DNA of 64,000 nucleotides from an uncultured delta proteobacterium (GTDB lineage Bacteria; Desulfobacterota; Desulfobacteria; Desulfobacterales; SG8-13): the NCBI GenBank assembly GCA_963848135.1, contig CAWKCK010000018.1, positions 12,938 to 76,937 of the forward strand. Reading direction: 5' to 3'. The notes below the pieces were generated by a model, which saw only the letters and a program-made list of their open reading frames with translations, did no database searches and was not told the DNA's origin. A program made the translations under genes and the position numbers. Shown piece by piece: positions 31,138 through 41,078 of the stretch; position 1 is the stretch's first letter; the number at the start of each line of letters is the position of its first letter.

Positions 31138-31833
31138 TTAAACGATCGGTTTGGCTTTTTTCCAGGGCGGCACAAGCTGCCGCTCGATGGTCAATACCGG
31201 ACATGACAAACTCAGCAGTGGCAAATGCGGCAGCATTTCAGCGGCAGCCGTTAAGAACATCACCGGCAACCCGCTTTTTTGTGACAGTCTCTGCAAAAAT
31301 TCATGGCCTCGAACGATGTCATCCGGCGTGGTTTCGTCCATCAAGTGGGCGTTGCCGATCCAGCCGGTGACTTTTAATCTCGCAGCTGTCTCTATCTCCT
31401 GGCGCATGGCCAGGCAGCCGTCAATGGTATCCGTCTTCGGCCGCATCGGGTTGATAACCTGCAACATGTGGTAAGAACGATCGCCGAAAGCATCCGCCAG
31501 GGCCGACAGGACTCTGGCACCGGCGGGATCACCGCCGGCATCAATCAAATCCAGTTGACCGGGACGGCGGATAAGTCCTGCCACCAATGGGCTCAGGATC
31601 GGCAGATCCGCCATCAAGTATTCATCGGGGGGTAGGATCACCTCGATGCCGATATTCGCGAGTAATTTCCGGGCTTCCCGAGATCTAAAATACGGATTGA
31701 CTAAATCAAGATCCGCTAATCGCACCCTGATCCCTGCGCGATTGCGGTCGACGGCCAGATTGATGGCGACTTCGGTTTTGCCACTGCCGTAGTTTCCAAC
31801 GATGACCACGATACCCGCGAGTTGAATCTGCAT
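31138..31833 (-). CDS. uncharacterised P-loop NTPase (SIMIBI/MinD-CooC-like)
   Basis: 231 aa with Walker A GNYGSGKTE, LADLDLVNPYF and a later IDAGGD. Its stop lies 9 nt upstream of korD on the same strand. Confidence 0.6.
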   Translation of the reverse strand: MQIQLAGIVVIVGNYGSGKTEVAINLAVDRNRAGIRVRLADLDLVNPYFRSREARKLLANIGIEVILPPDEYLMADLPILSPLVAGLIRRPGQLDLIDAGGDPAGARVLSALADAFGDRSYHMLQVINPMRPKTDTIDGCLAMRQEIETAARLKVTGWIGNAHLMDETTPDDIVRGHEFLQRLSQKSGLPVMFLTAAAEMLPHLPLLSLSCPVLTIERQLVPPWKKAKPIV

Positions 31834-32004
31834 TAAGAACTATTGACCTGTCATTCTGCCGCTGTATGAAATTCCCACTTGCAGCGAAAAATATGCAATT
31901 GATCTTTGTATTTTTTATTCGTATCGTTGTCAAGATATTCGCATACCAAAAATTATCGGCACCACCGAATCATGGCACCGTCCACTCCGGATGAACCCAA
32001 TCCC

Positions 32005-32032
32005 TTGACTCAAGCATCAAAAATGCTATGCT
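32005..32032 (+). promoter_or_regulatory. sigma70-like promoter candidate for the DUF1343 gene
   Basis: TTGACT (32005-32010), a 16-nt spacer ending in TGc (extended -10), and TATGCT (32027-32032). Confidence 0.35.
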
Positions 32033-32157
32033 GCCAGCGGCCGAATGGCACCATGCGACAACCCGATCGATGATTCGGAGCCGATCGCCACGGTGTCGCC
32101 ATATTTTTCATTCACTTACCGCTGCCAGTGGCAACGGTTGTCACTGTTGGGAAGACA

Positions 32158-33333
32158 ATGCAACCTGTTTTCACCGGACTCGAAAACCTCTGCCAGAATC
32201 CGCCTTCCGGGCTGAAGGGCTGCCGGCTTGGCCTTCTTTGCAACCCGGCCTCTATCGATCGGAATTATCGTCACGCGCGTGAGCTCATCGCCCAAAGTTT
32301 CCCGGGACAGCTCAAGGCGCTCTATTCACCCCAGCACGGGTTTCATGCCGACAAACAGGACAACATGATCGAATCCGCGGATGGTATCGATCCGGTCTTG
32401 AGGATACCTGTTTTCAGCCTCTACAGCCTTACAAGAATCCCGACCCGCGAGATGTTAGAACCGATAGACGTATTGCTTGTCGATTTGCAAGACGTCGGTA
32501 CCCGGGTTTACACCTTTATATACACGCTATCGTATTGCATGGAAGCCGCAAAGGCCCACTCTAAAAAGGTCGTCGTACTCGATCGGCCCAATCCGGTCAG
32601 CGGGAAAACCGTAGAGGGAAACTGCGTAGCAGCCGACGTCACCTCTTTTGTCGGCCGCTTTCCAATTCCCATGCGGCATGGACTGACCATCGGAGAACTG
32701 GCCTTTCTGTTTAGCCGACAATTTGGAATCGACTGCGATCTTGAGGTGATCCCCTTGCAGAACTGGCACCGCGCGATGTACTATTCTGACACCAAGCTGC
32801 CTTGGGTACCACCTTCACCCAATCTCCCAACCCCGATCTCCGCCATGGTCTATCCCGGTCAAGTGATCTGGGAAGGAACCAACGTTTCCGAAGGCCGCGG
32901 CACCACTCAACCGTTCGAAATTTTCGGTGCGCCCTTTATTGACCCGACACGACTCACGGCAAGGCTATCTGAACAGAAAATGCCCGGGGTAATTCTGAGA
33001 CCGGTATCCTTTGAACCGACATTCAACAAGTGGGCCGGACATCCCTGCAAGGGGTATCAGCTCCACGTTACTGAAGCGACGGCCTATCAACCATATGTAA
33101 CCTCACTCAGGCTGCTGCAGGAGGTCATACGGCATCATGGCGGGGACTTCAAATGGAAACAACCACCCTATGAGTATGAATTCGAAAGACTGCCGATCGA
33201 CCTAATCATCGGAGACAGCCGTATCCGCCAACGGATCGAAAAAGGTGAGGACATCGACGATATTGCTTCTGAATGGCAGGACGATCTGGATGCCTTCGCA
33301 GCTCAAAGCCAACAAATCCGAATGTATTCTTAA
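32158..33333 (+). CDS. DUF1343 family protein (NamZ/YbbC-like exo-beta-N-acetylmuramidase candidate)
   Basis: LDRPNPVSGKTVEGN...SFVGRFPIPMRHGLTIGELA is the conserved DUF1343 core. The ATG at 32158 (MQPVFTGLENL) fits family N-termini better than the GTG at 32128. Confidence 0.8.
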   Translation: MQPVFTGLENLCQNPPSGLKGCRLGLLCNPASIDRNYRHARELIAQSFPGQLKALYSPQHGFHADKQDNMIESADGIDPVLRIPVFSLYSLTRIPTREMLEPIDVLLVDLQDVGTRVYTFIYTLSYCMEAAKAHSKKVVVLDRPNPVSGKTVEGNCVAADVTSFVGRFPIPMRHGLTIGELAFLFSRQFGIDCDLEVIPLQNWHRAMYYSDTKLPWVPPSPNLPTPISAMVYPGQVIWEGTNVSEGRGTTQPFEIFGAPFIDPTRLTARLSEQKMPGVILRPVSFEPTFNKWAGHPCKGYQLHVTEATAYQPYVTSLRLLQEVIRHHGGDFKWKQPPYEYEFERLPIDLIIGDSRIRQRIEKGEDIDDIASEWQDDLDAFAAQSQQIRMYS

Positions 33334-33337
33334 ACCA

Positions 33338-34021
33338 ATGAGCCGATCTTCCACCGATCAACCGCAATGGCGCCGGATGCGTTTCAAGAAAAACAAGGTG
33401 TGGATGGCAACCGATAGCTGCGGCCGACCCATTCAAGAAAAGGGTAAATATTTAATAAAATATCAGCTCGAGCAGAATCACGAATATTGGGTCAATCCCG
33501 CCAATGTCACGCCCCTCGATGATAGGACCGCAGAACAACCTGTCCAAGATCCCAGCCCCGCAAATGATACGCCAAACAGAACGATAACGCCGTCGAATGA
33601 CAGTCCGGATGAAGATGCGGTGCACATTTACACCGACGGCGCCTCATCGGGTAATCCTGGTCCTTCCGGTGTAGGTATCGTCATGGAATACAAGGGACAG
33701 GCGAGGGAAATCTCGAAGTTTATCGGCCATACAACCAATAATGTGGCCGAATTGGAAGCCATTCGGACCGGATTGCTCGAGTTAAAGAAAAGAAACCTGC
33801 CGGTCGTCATATACACGGACAGCAGCTACGCTCACGGCGTGCTGTCACTGGATTGGAAAGCGCGAAAAAACCGCGAATTAGTCGATGCCATCCGGAAACG
33901 AATTGGCACCTTGAAGGAAGTGAAATTGGTAAAGGTCCGCGGGCATGCCGGCCATCGCCAAAATGAGCGTGCGGACCAATTGGCCCGCACGGCAGTTACG
34001 TCCAGCGACAAGCGTCTGTAA
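33338..34021 (+). CDS. rnhA: ribonuclease HI with an about 95-aa N-terminal extension
   Basis: C-terminal RNase H fold with catalytic residues in IYTDGASSGNPGPSG, NNVAELEA, IYTDSSY and HAGHRQNERAD. The start is taken at the ATG directly after the upstream stop. Confidence 0.8.
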   Translation: MSRSSTDQPQWRRMRFKKNKVWMATDSCGRPIQEKGKYLIKYQLEQNHEYWVNPANVTPLDDRTAEQPVQDPSPANDTPNRTITPSNDSPDEDAVHIYTDGASSGNPGPSGVGIVMEYKGQAREISKFIGHTTNNVAELEAIRTGLLELKKRNLPVVIYTDSSYAHGVLSLDWKARKNRELVDAIRKRIGTLKEVKLVKVRGHAGHRQNERADQLARTAVTSSDKRL

Positions 34022-34055
34022 ATAAAAAGAGCTCTACCGTTTAACGGAAGAGCTC
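34021..34055 (-). terminator. intrinsic terminator of the 92-aa membrane protein gene
   Basis: GAGCTCT (34029-34035) pairs with AGAGCTC (34049-34055), with an inner CCG/CGG extension. On the minus strand the stem is followed by TTTTTATT. Confidence 0.55.
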
Positions 34056-34073
34056 CCTGAAAATAACGGTTTG

Positions 34074-34352
34074 TTAAGCCTTTTTCAGGCTCTTAATCTC
34101 GTCTTTCAGCTCATCGATCTCTTTTTTGTATTGGTCAACATCCTCATTTGCTACCGATGTTGGTTCAAAGCTTTCGTCTTTCTTCCACGTATCTTTCAGC
34201 TCATCGAATCCGAGATAAATTGCCAGCCCGCCACCGAGCAGGAGCATAACCGGAATGATACCCGCCAGTACCATCAAAAACTCACTCCACCAGATCCCGA
34301 GGCCGACCAGGCCCAGTGCCGCCGCTATCGCTCCTCCGATTAAAGTTTTCAT
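34074..34352 (-). CDS. small membrane protein with C-terminal coiled-coil tail
   Basis: 92 aa with two hydrophobic helices (GGAIAAALGLVGLGIWW, AGIIPVMLLLGGGLAIYLG) followed by a Lys/Glu-rich helix. Has its own terminator. Confidence 0.55.
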   Translation of the reverse strand: MKTLIGGAIAAALGLVGLGIWWSEFLMVLAGIIPVMLLLGGGLAIYLGFDELKDTWKKDESFEPTSVANEDVDQYKKEIDELKDEIKSLKKA

Positions 34353-34849
34353 GCAAACCCTCCTCTTTTTTGATTTGTGTTCGAATCCTTGTTAGTATCT
34401 TTGAATGAGTCGTCAATTTAGTACTGCTAGGATCATGCGTCAAATAAAAAATTGAGCGCTGGGATCGTTTTTCTCTTCCAGGCGGCGAATTTTCTACCTG
34501 AAACAGTCCGTATGCCTTCTCTCACGACTCAATTGGCGTGGTGGGATGACTTAGACTCAGCGGACCATTACCACAGTTTTGGGGCCAAAACAACCCCATT
34601 TCGACAAACAAATGTATCAAAGAATCATTTTGGGGCGAACCGCTGATGGCCATTAGCATCCGGTATCGTTCAAAATAATATATTGCATATCGGCCATTAT
34701 TTTGGTAGACAGTTTCTACTTAGATTGTAAATACTTAGAAAGTTTTCAAAACTGCCTGCGGCTAATCACGCCGGCCTCACGTTGACCATTGCGCCTCCTT
34801 TGGTACCCCAGAGGCACCCGCGCGGTCGATACCGCCCCGGAAACAGCTC

Positions 34850-37483
34850 ATGCCCCGCCGAAAAAAATCTGAACACGTGGACATTTCATTCAAACAGAAT
34901 GGATGGCTCGACCGGTTGCTGGCCGGTACCACCCGACATTACAGCTGCTTTTTGCCCGTAAAACTCGGTCTGACAACAACGCTGCTCAAAATGTTCTATT
35001 CCGGAATCAAGGTAAGTGCCGATCAGACCGCCGCATTGAACCAGATCCCAACCGGGGATCCCATCGTTTATATCAACAAGAACAAAAGTAAGTTTGAATT
35101 TCTCTTCTATCACACAACCCTCTCCCGTCAAGGCCATAGGGTCCCTGAAATCGGATTCGACTATCACCTACTGATTTGGCAACCTGTCTCACGTCTGTTC
35201 AGGATAGTCCTTGCCCATTTGTATTATTTTATCAGGACAATGTCTTTCCAAAACCCATACAAAAGCGGTTACATCCGGGATGAACTTCTCGAGGGCCGGG
35301 CCGGATTTCTTTCTCTTGTGGAAAGAGGCGAGTTTTACCGCCGTTTTGTCAAGGCCAAGGTCGACCCGTTAGAACATCTAATACAAATGCAGCAAGAGAT
35401 CGACCGCCCGATTCACTTGGTACCGATGCTGATGTTTTTCAGCAAGGACCCCTATCGGTCAAACCCGACCCTTGTCGATATTTTGTTTGGCCAGGAGGGA
35501 AAACCAGGCAATATTCGCCGTTTGGTAACGTTGTTTAAAAATCCGGGCAAGGTATTCGTTGAGATATCTGAACCGGTCAATTTGATGCAGTTTCTCGCAT
35601 TAGGCGAAAGCCGCGAAACCAATACCGCTTATCAGTCTTTGTACCTGCGGCGGAGACTGCTGAAACAAATCAATCGACACCGTCAGGCAATCACCGGCCC
35701 GGTCCTTAAAAGCTCTGGAGAGCTCAAGGAAAATATTCTGACGGGTGAACGATTTCAAGAATTCATAACCAAGCACGCCGAAATCCGGCAGATCCCACTC
35801 TACAAATTGCGCAAAGAAGCTGACGCCTATCTTGGTGAGATCGCCGCAAAATACAGTTCAAACCTGATCAAAATCGCGTCAGGGATTGTCGAATACATCA
35901 CCAATACCATGTTCGACGGCGTTTCCATAAACAACGACAGTATAAGGTACATCAAGACCGCATCCCAAAGGGCTCCGCTCATACTGGTTCCCTGCCATAA
36001 GAGTCATATCGATTACCTGATTTTGTCTTATATCCTGTATCACAATAATATGCCCTGCCCACACGTTGCGGCCGGTAAAAATCTCGCATTTTGGCCGATG
36101 GGTCCGCTGTTCAGGAGAGGCGGCGCGTTCTTCATCCGCCGTAGCTTTCGCGGGGCAGTGGTCTACTCAAGGGTTTTTTCGGAATACATCCACAAACTGC
36201 TCGAGGAAGGATTCAATATCGAGTTCTTCATTGAGGGTACCCGCAGCCGCACCGGAAAATTGATACTTCCAAAACTGGGCTTTCTTTCCATGCTTCTTGA
36301 AGCTTTCAGAAATGGCGCATGCGAGGATTTGATTTTCGTGCCGATTTACATCGGTTACGACCGTGTCCTGGAAGAAAGTGCTTATATTCATGAGCTTGGT
36401 GGTGGGCAAAAAGAACCTGAGAATCTCTTTCAGGTACTCAAAGCGCGCAAATTTCTAAAAAAACGCTATGGAAAAATTTACATCCGCTTCAACGAGCCGC
36501 TTTCCCTGAACCAGTTGTTGAACACTCAAGGGTTGAACATCCAGGAATGGAACCCAAAACAAAAAAATGCCTTCTGCCGCAACCTGGGCTTCCGGATCAT
36601 AAACGCCATCAACAAAGCCGCTGTGGTCACCGCCCATGGCTTGTGTGCCAGCGCCATTCTCAACACGAGCAAAACCCGTTTCAGCCTCGACCATATCAAA
36701 TCGATTACACAGTTATATCTCGACTACCTGAGCGCGCAGGAGATTCAATTGGCCGACACGCTGGTACTCGACCAGAAGCACGCTATCGAAAACGCTTTGG
36801 AATCCTATGCGCAACGCAAATTCATCGAAGCGATTCCAAAAGAAAAGGGCCAACCTGTTGTTGACACCGAGTATACGGTTAATGAAAATCACCGCTCGAG
36901 TCTGGAATATTATAAAAACAATTGTATCGCTTTCTTTGTTCCTGCAGCTTTTACCGCCATGGAAATACTAAATATGGATGCGTTTCAATTCTCAGCAACA
37001 GATATTCACGGCGGCTATAAGTTTTTGCAACACATGTTCAAAAACGAATTTGCTCACGATGTCGATCTTTATCCTGAACACTTGGTGCGCAAAACCCTCA
37101 AGGCGTTCATAGACGAAGCGATTCTCATACCCCACCGGACCCTGCCGGACACCTATAACGTTACTTCGGCAGGCTTCAGGAAATTGAAACTGTTCGCCAG
37201 TTTCCTGATCACCTATTTCGAAGCCTACTTGGTCGTATTGAGTTATTTTTTGTGGGCACCGGCAAGCGCTGCGACAGTTAAGGAACGCGTGAAGAAAATT
37301 GAGGCGAGAGGCCGGCGCATGTATAAGCGCAAGGAAATCGATCGCAGGGAAGCCCTCTCAAAGGTGACCTTTGAAAACGCGATTGATTTTTTTACCAGTC
37401 AAGGAATAAAGAGTTCGGAAGATATCGAAAAGTCCGAATTCTTTGCAGTCGCCATTAATCGCTATATCAGTCGACTGCAGTAG
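34850..37483 (+). CDS. plsB: glycerol-3-phosphate 1-O-acyltransferase
   Basis: 877 aa with the acyltransferase HX4D motif (PCHKSHIDYLIL), FFIRRSF and IEGTRSRTGK blocks. Confidence 0.9.
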   Translation: MPRRKKSEHVDISFKQNGWLDRLLAGTTRHYSCFLPVKLGLTTTLLKMFYSGIKVSADQTAALNQIPTGDPIVYINKNKSKFEFLFYHTTLSRQGHRVPEIGFDYHLLIWQPVSRLFRIVLAHLYYFIRTMSFQNPYKSGYIRDELLEGRAGFLSLVERGEFYRRFVKAKVDPLEHLIQMQQEIDRPIHLVPMLMFFSKDPYRSNPTLVDILFGQEGKPGNIRRLVTLFKNPGKVFVEISEPVNLMQFLALGESRETNTAYQSLYLRRRLLKQINRHRQAITGPVLKSSGELKENILTGERFQEFITKHAEIRQIPLYKLRKEADAYLGEIAAKYSSNLIKIASGIVEYITNTMFDGVSINNDSIRYIKTASQRAPLILVPCHKSHIDYLILSYILYHNNMPCPHVAAGKNLAFWPMGPLFRRGGAFFIRRSFRGAVVYSRVFSEYIHKLLEEGFNIEFFIEGTRSRTGKLILPKLGFLSMLLEAFRNGACEDLIFVPIYIGYDRVLEESAYIHELGGGQKEPENLFQVLKARKFLKKRYGKIYIRFNEPLSLNQLLNTQGLNIQEWNPKQKNAFCRNLGFRIINAINKAAVVTAHGLCASAILNTSKTRFSLDHIKSITQLYLDYLSAQEIQLADTLVLDQKHAIENALESYAQRKFIEAIPKEKGQPVVDTEYTVNENHRSSLEYYKNNCIAFFVPAAFTAMEILNMDAFQFSATDIHGGYKFLQHMFKNEFAHDVDLYPEHLVRKTLKAFIDEAILIPHRTLPDTYNVTSAGFRKLKLFASFLITYFEAYLVVLSYFLWAPASAATVKERVKKIEARGRRMYKRKEIDRREALSKVTFENAIDFFTSQGIKSSEDIEKSEFFAVAINRYISRLQ

Positions 37484-37545
37484 GGCAAATAATCACCCGA
37501 TACAACACGCAAGAGCTCCGCGCGTATAACGGCCCCCAAAAAAAG

Positions 37546-39258
37546 ATGAAAGCCATGATACTTGCGGCCGGTTTCGGTACCCGGCTGCTCCCGTATACCC
37601 GTAACACACCTAAACCACTTTTCACCATTGCCGGACGCCCCATTCTGGACTTGGCGATTCGGCGGCTTGCAGCGGCCGGCTGTCGAGCAATCATCATAAA
37701 CACACACCACCTTAACGATCGGATCGATGCTTTTCTGCGCTCACAGAGCTACGATATTCCCGTTCACACAAGCTTTGAACCGACGATTCTCGGCACCGGC
37801 GGCGCCGTCAAAAAGGTCGCCCATTTTTGGGATAACCACCCTTTCGTGGTGATCAACAGCGACATTGTCACAGATGTCGACCTTAAGGCGGTATACCGTT
37901 TCCATCTGGACCATAACCACCCGGTGACCTTGGTTTTGCACGACGAACCCCGATTCAATATGGTGTCAGTCTCGTCAGAAGGTTTCATAATAGACTTCGG
38001 AGATCCCGCCGAAACTGACAATCCCGGGAATCATCAACGTCTGGCCTTTACCGGCATTCAGGTTATCAATCCTGAAGTACTTGATATTATACCGGACAAA
38101 ACCTTTCACAGCAGCATCGACACTTACCGCAAGATCATCGCCGACGGCGGCGCTGTCAAGGCATATGTAACCAGCGGACATTACTGGACCGATATTGGCA
38201 CACCGGCAAGCTACTGGCAGGCCGTCCGCGATGCGATGTCCAGAGTGGCTTTCGGACACATCGATCCGGATCTTGTGCCAGGGCAGGTAGAAAGTGAATC
38301 GTTGGCCGGCGACGGTTCAGATCGCCACTGGTACCGTTTGAGAAACGGTTCGGCCACTCTTGTGATGGTTGACCACGGGATCCGCAATGATGATAGCTGG
38401 TCAGAGGTCGATGCGTTCGTTGCCATCGGGCACCACCTAATTACAAAAGGCGTGCCGGTTCCGAAAATTTATAATCACGATTGCTTTGCCGGACAGGTTT
38501 TCATGGAGGATGTGGGCGATACGCACTTACAAGATGTGGTAAAGCGCAGGTCAGGTTCCGAGGTAATAGACACCCTTTACCGATCGGTCGTACGGCAGTT
38601 GATCACCATGTCTGTGGCCGGTATCGACGGTTTCGATTCGTCATGGACTTACCAAACGACGACTTACAACCGCGAGCTGATCCTCGAAAAAGAATGCCGG
38701 TATTTTACCGAGGCGTTCCTTAGCGGATATCTCAATCGCCCTGATTTCTATGCGGAACTGGAAGATGAATTTTCTCTCCTGGCCGATCGCGCCCTAAATT
38801 ATGCGATAAACGGATTCATGCACCGTGATTTTCAGTCTCGCAATATCATGGTTGATAACGGGAAAATTTATTTCATCGACTACCAAGGCGGGCGGCAGGG
38901 TCCTATTCAATACGACCTTGCATCCCTTCTGATCGATCCTTACGCGGAATTGCCGGACAACGTCCAGTCGGATCTGCTTGAATATGGTATTCATCAATTT
39001 GAGAAACAGCATCCCGGTTGTGCTGACAACTTCCGCAGGGGCTATCATTTTTGCTGCCTGACTCGCAATCTTCAGATTCTTGGCGCCTTCGGGCACCTGA
39101 GCCGCGCCAAGGGAAAAACACAGTTTGAGACCTACATTCCGGCGGCCGTCAAATCACTTTACAATCGTTTGACACTTGGTAAGGACAGAGAGTTTCCGCG
39201 ACTGGCGGCCGTCGTAACAGACGTGCGCGATCAAATGTTAAAAACCACCTCCGCATAG
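37546..39258 (+). CDS. fusion of MurU-like sugar-1-phosphate nucleotidyltransferase and AmgK-like anomeric sugar kinase
   Basis: The N-terminal 230 aa (MKAMILAAGFGTRLLPYTRNTPKPL...GTGGA...INSD) resemble MurU. The C-terminal 330 aa form an APH-type kinase with HRDFQSRNIMV and FIDYQG. Confidence 0.75.
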   Translation: MKAMILAAGFGTRLLPYTRNTPKPLFTIAGRPILDLAIRRLAAAGCRAIIINTHHLNDRIDAFLRSQSYDIPVHTSFEPTILGTGGAVKKVAHFWDNHPFVVINSDIVTDVDLKAVYRFHLDHNHPVTLVLHDEPRFNMVSVSSEGFIIDFGDPAETDNPGNHQRLAFTGIQVINPEVLDIIPDKTFHSSIDTYRKIIADGGAVKAYVTSGHYWTDIGTPASYWQAVRDAMSRVAFGHIDPDLVPGQVESESLAGDGSDRHWYRLRNGSATLVMVDHGIRNDDSWSEVDAFVAIGHHLITKGVPVPKIYNHDCFAGQVFMEDVGDTHLQDVVKRRSGSEVIDTLYRSVVRQLITMSVAGIDGFDSSWTYQTTTYNRELILEKECRYFTEAFLSGYLNRPDFYAELEDEFSLLADRALNYAINGFMHRDFQSRNIMVDNGKIYFIDYQGGRQGPIQYDLASLLIDPYAELPDNVQSDLLEYGIHQFEKQHPGCADNFRRGYHFCCLTRNLQILGAFGHLSRAKGKTQFETYIPAAVKSLYNRLTLGKDREFPRLAAVVTDVRDQMLKTTSA

Positions 39259-39408
39259 GAAGGGTCCCTGGGGGGAGATTCAATTGAACTGTTCGGGTCG
39301 GGCAACCTTCAGGGTTATAGGCTTTATATAACCTATTTCTACCGTTCATCGCCAAGGCAAGCCGTATCTCAATCGTAACCCGAAATGCACAAAAGGAGGA
39401 TCAATCCA

Positions 39409-40239
39409 ATGGAATCCATCAAGATAATGGTCAACGGCCTGCCGGGTAATATATCAAGGGTCGTCGCCGAGCATGTTATGGCCGATAACCGCTTTGAGCT
39501 GATCCCGGTCGCTCTGACCGGTCCCGAAATTTCTGACATCGAAATAACGGTGTCCGATAAAAAGCTAAGACTTGTAAAACCCAACAGTCGTGACAAGGTG
39601 ATAGCGGAAGTCAAAAGATCGGCCGGTCATTTCATCAGCGTGGACTACACCCACCCGTCAGCAGTCAACGATAACGCTCGATTTTATTGTAATCATAATC
39701 TTCCATTTGTCATGGGTACGACAGGCGGGGATCGGCTTCAACTTGAGCGAAGCGTCAAGGACTCAGATACGATTGCGGTCATCGCGCCGAACATGGCCAA
39801 GCAAATCGTCGGTTTTCAGGCCATGATGGAATACGCGGCCAACCAATTCCCCGCTCTTTTTCAAGACTATACGCTCAATATCCGTGAAAGCCATCAACAA
39901 GGCAAAGCGGATACCAGCGGCACGGCCAAGGCCATGGTGAAACACTTCAATGCCCTGGGCGTCCCGTTCACAGAAGAAAGTATTCTCAAAGAGAGAAATC
40001 CTGAACAGCAGAAAACGGTCTGGGGCATACCCAATGAATATCTGCGCGGACACGCTTGGCACACCTATACCCTGATTTCGGCCGACAAGACGGTTCGTTT
40101 CGAATTTACCCACAATGTCAATGGGCGTGAAATATACGCCCGCGGGACATTGGATGCTGTCGATTACCTGAACGACAGGTGGCAAGAGGGAGCCAAGGCC
40201 AGGGTTTACTCAATGATCGATGTCTTGAAGGGAAAATAG
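39409..40239 (+). CDS. dapB: 4-hydroxy-tetrahydrodipicolinate reductase (long, plant/cyanobacterial-like type)
   Basis: NGLPGN Rossmann start and the catalytic block ESHQQGKADTSGTA. The ATG at 39409 has AAGGAGG 9 nt upstream. Confidence 0.85.
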   Translation: MESIKIMVNGLPGNISRVVAEHVMADNRFELIPVALTGPEISDIEITVSDKKLRLVKPNSRDKVIAEVKRSAGHFISVDYTHPSAVNDNARFYCNHNLPFVMGTTGGDRLQLERSVKDSDTIAVIAPNMAKQIVGFQAMMEYAANQFPALFQDYTLNIRESHQQGKADTSGTAKAMVKHFNALGVPFTEESILKERNPEQQKTVWGIPNEYLRGHAWHTYTLISADKTVRFEFTHNVNGREIYARGTLDAVDYLNDRWQEGAKARVYSMIDVLKGK

Positions 40240-40247
40240 CCCCGATT

Positions 40248-40973
40248 TCAGGGATTGTCGCGAATCATTCTTTTCCTATCGATATGCTCTAAGTACTCTC
40301 GCGCCCCATCGTAATCGGGGTCGATTTCAAGGATCTGTTGGAACTGCTTTTCGGCCTTTTCCAATTCACCGGCATCTTCATAAAAACGACCGAGGTATTC
40401 CCGGAACTCCGGTACATCGGGCGCTAACTCAATTGCCTTCAGAAACTCACGTTCCGATTTGTCATATTCGAAGACATCCTGATAAGCCATGCCAAGTCCG
40501 AAATGGTTGTCAGCGTTGTTTGGATTCAAAACCAGACCACTTTCAAAGGACCGAATCGCCATCGCGACTTGATCGGACCCAAGATAGGCTTTGCCCAGGT
40601 TATGAAAGGCCTGATCACTGAGGTATCCGGACCGGATGGCAGCCTCGTAGTAATGGATCTCATTTTCAATCTCACCCAATTGTCCGTAAACATAGCCCAG
40701 GACATACATCGCTTTTGCATTCGAGCGATCCTGGCGAAGCACTTCTTCGAGCATTTCGACACCGGTAAGGTAATTTCCCGTCTCGACGACAGTATACGCC
40801 CGCTGTTCGAGAGACTGGGTACCTGCCGGCGCCTTTTCTGTAGTGGATTGACGCAAATACGGTCGCGAACAACCTGCCGACATAAGAGAGAAAGCAAGGC
40901 CACAAACCACCGCAAAAAAAACCAGTACACGGGAGTGTGGGGCACTACAATAACGAAAAGAAACGTATCTCAT
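40248..40973 (-). CDS. TPR-repeat lipoprotein
   Basis: Signal peptide with lipobox LMSAGC, then about 5 TPR units (A..Y.LG..Y...G....A...Y..A...). Confidence 0.75.
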   Translation of the reverse strand: MRYVSFRYCSAPHSRVLVFFAVVCGLAFSLMSAGCSRPYLRQSTTEKAPAGTQSLEQRAYTVVETGNYLTGVEMLEEVLRQDRSNAKAMYVLGYVYGQLGEIENEIHYYEAAIRSGYLSDQAFHNLGKAYLGSDQVAMAIRSFESGLVLNPNNADNHFGLGMAYQDVFEYDKSEREFLKAIELAPDVPEFREYLGRFYEDAGELEKAEKQFQQILEIDPDYDGAREYLEHIDRKRMIRDNP

Positions 40974-41078
40974 AAATCATCTGGTCTTCTGTCAGTCGTT
41001 CTTGTTTATGGATTTACACTGCAGCGATTCACCCTTTCCGTTCCAAAATTTGTCGATTCTTGCAGGAGACTCAGAAGC

